A DNA stretch of 64,000 nt, from positions 3,421 through 67,420 of the forward strand of contig CABYYA010000004.1 of the NCBI GenBank assembly GCA_902523125.1, written 5' to 3'. Made by a program: the position numbers and the translations under genes. Source of the DNA: an uncultured Pelagibacteraceae bacterium. Lineage in GTDB: Bacteria > Pseudomonadota > Alphaproteobacteria > Pelagibacterales > Pelagibacteraceae. The notes below the pieces were generated by a model, which searched no databases, was not told the origin of the DNA, and was given only the letters and a program-made list of their open reading frames with translations. Positions within the stretch are counted from its first letter, which is position 1, and each line of letters starts with the position of its first letter. Shown here piece by piece: positions 61,302 to 64,000 of this stretch.

Positions 61302-63968
61302 ATGGCAGACAAATCATTAAATGAAATAAGAAGTACTTTTCTTAAATACTTCGAGAAAAACGATCATAAGATTGTCGAGTCTAGTAATCTAGTGCCAAAC
61401 AATGATCCAACATTGATGTTTGCAAACTCTGGAATGGTTCAGTTTAAAAATGTATTTACTGGTTTAGAAAAAAGAGATTATCAAAGGGCAACTACTTCAC
61501 AAAAATGTGTAAGAGCAGGTGGTAAGCACAATGATTTAGAAAATGTTGGTTATACACCAAGACACCATACTTTTTTTGAAATGTTAGGAAACTTTTCTTT
61601 TGGAGATTATTTCAAAGAAAGAGGAATTGAACTTGCATGGAACTTAATCACCAAAGACTTTGGTTTGGATAAAAACAGAATTTATGTAACTGTTTTTCAT
61701 GAGGACGATGAAGCTTTCAATTATTGGAAGAAAATAGCGGGTTTTAGCAATGATAGAATAATTAGAATTTCAACATCAGATAACTTTTGGTCAATGGGGG
61801 AGACAGGACCTTGTGGACCTTGTTCAGAAATATTTTATGATCATGGTGATCATTTAAAAGGGGGCTTACCAGGAACTAAAGATCAAGACGGAGATCGTTT
61901 TATTGAAATTTGGAATCTAGTTTTCATGCAATATGAACAAGTTTCAAAAGATAAAAGAATAGATTTACCAAAACCATCTGTTGACACAGGGATGGGGTTA
62001 GAGAGAATTGCAGCTCTTTTACAAGGTACACATGATAATTATCAAACTGATCACTTTAAGAAATTAATAAGCTCCATATCTGACGTAACTAAAGTGAAAC
62101 AAGAGGATAAAAATATATCCAGTTTTAGAGTGATAGCTGATCACTTAAGAGCAAGCTCATTTCTTTTAGCTGAAGGTGTTCTTCCTTCAAATGAGGGTCG
62201 TGGATATGTTCTTAGAAGAATTATGAGAAGAGGAATGAGACATTCTCATTTGTTAGGATCAAAAGAACCAATCTTTTATAAAACTTTCGACACTTTAAAA
62301 AAAGAGATGTTAGGAAATTATCCAGAGCTTGAGAGGTCTCAATCTTTAATCAAAGAAACGCTAAGGATGGAAGAAGAAAAATTTTTAGTTTTACTTGATA
62401 GAGGTATCAAAATTTTAAATGATGAAATTTCAAAAATAGATAAAGTTTTACCTGGTGATGTAGCATTCAAATTATACGACACCTATGGTTTTCCATTAGA
62501 TCTTACAGAAGACATCTTAAAGAATAAATCATTAAAAGTTGATCATAAGAAATTTGATGAATTGATGAGAAAAAGTAAAGAACTTGCAAAAAAGAACTGG
62601 AAAGGTTCTGGAGATAGTTCTGAGGAAACAATATGGTTTTCAATTAAAGATAAAGCTGGTCCGACAGAATTTTTAGGTTACGAGTTTAATCAGTCTGAAG
62701 GAATTGTATTAAATTTAATTAAAGATAATAAAGAGGTAAAATCTTTATCTACTGGTGAAGAAGGGATGATCATTACTAATCAAACTCCTTATTACGGTGA
62801 GTCAGGAGGACAAATCGGAGACAAAGGAACAATCGTTTCTGGTAATTCTATTTTTGAAGTAGAGGATACACAGAAAAAACTTGGAGACTTATTTGTTCAT
62901 TATGGATCTTTAAAAACTGGAGAAATAAAGATTGGCGACGTAATTGAAATGAAAATAGATGTTGAAAGAAGAAATAATTTAAAAGCTTACCATTCTGCTA
63001 CACACTTACTTCACGAGTCATTAAGAAGAACCTTAGGTAAACATGTTATGCAAAAAGGATCATTAGTTGCTCCAGACAGATTAAGATTTGACTTTAGTCA
63101 CATGAAACCAATTACTAATGAAGAGTTAGAAACTATTGATAAGTTAGTTAATGAATATATTTCAAATAGTTCTGAAGTTACAACAAGAATTATGACACCA
63201 AAAGCTGCAATCGAAAAAGGTGCGCTAGCTTTCTTTGGAGAAAAATATGGAGAAGAAGTTCGTGTGGTTTCAATGGGTAAGGAAAAGGAAGCATACTTTT
63301 CAACAGAGTTATGTGGAGGAACGCATGTCAAAAATACTGGTGATATTGGAAAATTTAAAACTGTAAGTCAATCGTCTATCGCTGCAGGTGTTAGAAGAGT
63401 TGAAGCCCTAAGAGATAAACAACTTGAGGATTTTATTAGGAATAAAGAAAAATTATCAACTTTATCCACTCAAAAAGATGAAGAAACGATTAAAGATTTG
63501 TCATCGCACATTATCAAACTTGGAGGCAAACCAAATGTTGATAACAAAGATTTAAAAGAAATCATAAAAAATCTTTCACGACAACTTGAACAACTAAATG
63601 TTAGTTCAGTTCTTCAAGATAAAACTAAAAACATTATTAAAGATGATAAGATAAATAATATAAAAGTTAGATTTCAAAAAGTGCGAGATTTACCTCCTAA
63701 AGATTTAAGAAAATTAGTTGATAATGGTAAAAAAGAATTAGGTGATGGTATTGTAATTGTTTTTGCAAGCAGTGAAGACAAGGTTGGCTTGGCAGTTGGT
63801 ATTACCAATAAATTAGTCGATAAATATGATGCAGTAAAATTTGCAAAATTAGGATCAGAGACAATTGGTGGAAAAGGTGGCGGTGGTAGAAAAGATTTTG
63901 CTCAAGCAGGAGGTCAAGATAAGAGCAAAATTGATGAAGCTATTGAAAAAATTAAGTCCTTAATTTAA
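61302..63968 (+). CDS. alaS: Alanine-tRNA ligase
   Basis: DPTLMFANSGM, HHTFFEMLGNFSFGDYFK, HSATHLL, ELCGGTH and GGKGGG motifs. Confidence 0.98.
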   Translation: MADKSLNEIRSTFLKYFEKNDHKIVESSNLVPNNDPTLMFANSGMVQFKNVFTGLEKRDYQRATTSQKCVRAGGKHNDLENVGYTPRHHTFFEMLGNFSFGDYFKERGIELAWNLITKDFGLDKNRIYVTVFHEDDEAFNYWKKIAGFSNDRIIRISTSDNFWSMGETGPCGPCSEIFYDHGDHLKGGLPGTKDQDGDRFIEIWNLVFMQYEQVSKDKRIDLPKPSVDTGMGLERIAALLQGTHDNYQTDHFKKLISSISDVTKVKQEDKNISSFRVIADHLRASSFLLAEGVLPSNEGRGYVLRRIMRRGMRHSHLLGSKEPIFYKTFDTLKKEMLGNYPELERSQSLIKETLRMEEEKFLVLLDRGIKILNDEISKIDKVLPGDVAFKLYDTYGFPLDLTEDILKNKSLKVDHKKFDELMRKSKELAKKNWKGSGDSSEETIWFSIKDKAGPTEFLGYEFNQSEGIVLNLIKDNKEVKSLSTGEEGMIITNQTPYYGESGGQIGDKGTIVSGNSIFEVEDTQKKLGDLFVHYGSLKTGEIKIGDVIEMKIDVERRNNLKAYHSATHLLHESLRRTLGKHVMQKGSLVAPDRLRFDFSHMKPITNEELETIDKLVNEYISNSSEVTTRIMTPKAAIEKGALAFFGEKYGEEVRVVSMGKEKEAYFSTELCGGTHVKNTGDIGKFKTVSQSSIAAGVRRVEALRDKQLEDFIRNKEKLSTLSTQKDEETIKDLSSHIIKLGGKPNVDNKDLKEIIKNLSRQLEQLNVSSVLQDKTKNIIKDDKINNIKVRFQKVRDLPPKDLRKLVDNGKKELGDGIVIVFASSEDKVGLAVGITNKLVDKYDAVKFAKLGSETIGGKGGGGRKDFAQAGGQDKSKIDEAIEKIKSLI

Positions 63969-64000
63969 TTTCTTTTTTAAATTATTATCAATTTCATCTA
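63960..64000 (-). CDS. C-terminal end of a convergent gene, possibly NADP-isocitrate dehydrogenase
   Basis: The minus strand reads ..DEIDNNLKKKLN*, resembling the alphaproteobacterial Icd C-terminus; only about 12 codons are visible. Confidence 0.4.
   Translation of the reverse strand, partial: DEIDNNLKKKLN

Overview
This is a very AT-rich, gene-dense core-genome segment with intergenic gaps mostly under 60 bp and many overlapping genes. Gene content, gene order and a proteorhodopsin point to a SAR11/Pelagibacterales alphaproteobacterium (inference). The main blocks are trcR-like/rpmE/suhB/efp/thiE/fba/pgk/gap/tkt, zauP-like/zapA/ygfA/ymdB/yebC/resolvase/tolQRAB-pal-cpoB/tilS/ftsH/folP/glmM/thiD/purA, rpoH/rluD, tRNA-Arg(UCG), an ABC-2 exporter, sua5, xseB/ispA/dxs, aroC, pdxH, ispB, an S49 peptidase, glyQS/ppdK, nadAC, tRNA-Leu(GAG), ygfZ, pyrC, an SMR transporter, prpE, a Q105 (blue-type) proteorhodopsin, fdx/FNR/GST, dksA, two glycosyltransferases, ppc, umuDC, a GFA protein, a GLYK-like kinase, tolC, recA and alaS. 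I saw no mobile element, CRISPR array or defence island. Most notable points: (1) two microprotein ORFs, absent from the ORF track, overlap-coupled behind dksA; (2) a MOC1/phage-type Holliday junction resolvase sits in the ruvC slot with no ruvA/ruvB; (3) there is no room for 6S RNA between zapA and ygfA; (4) a tRNA-Arg has the uncommon UCG anticodon; (5) a sigma32-type promoter is embedded in the proteorhodopsin terminator; (6) the umuD intergenic region combines a LexA box, three phased GANTC sites and a perfect DnaA box; (7) two homopolymer frameshifts may be sequencing errors. All calls come from motif recognition and synteny; no searches were run.
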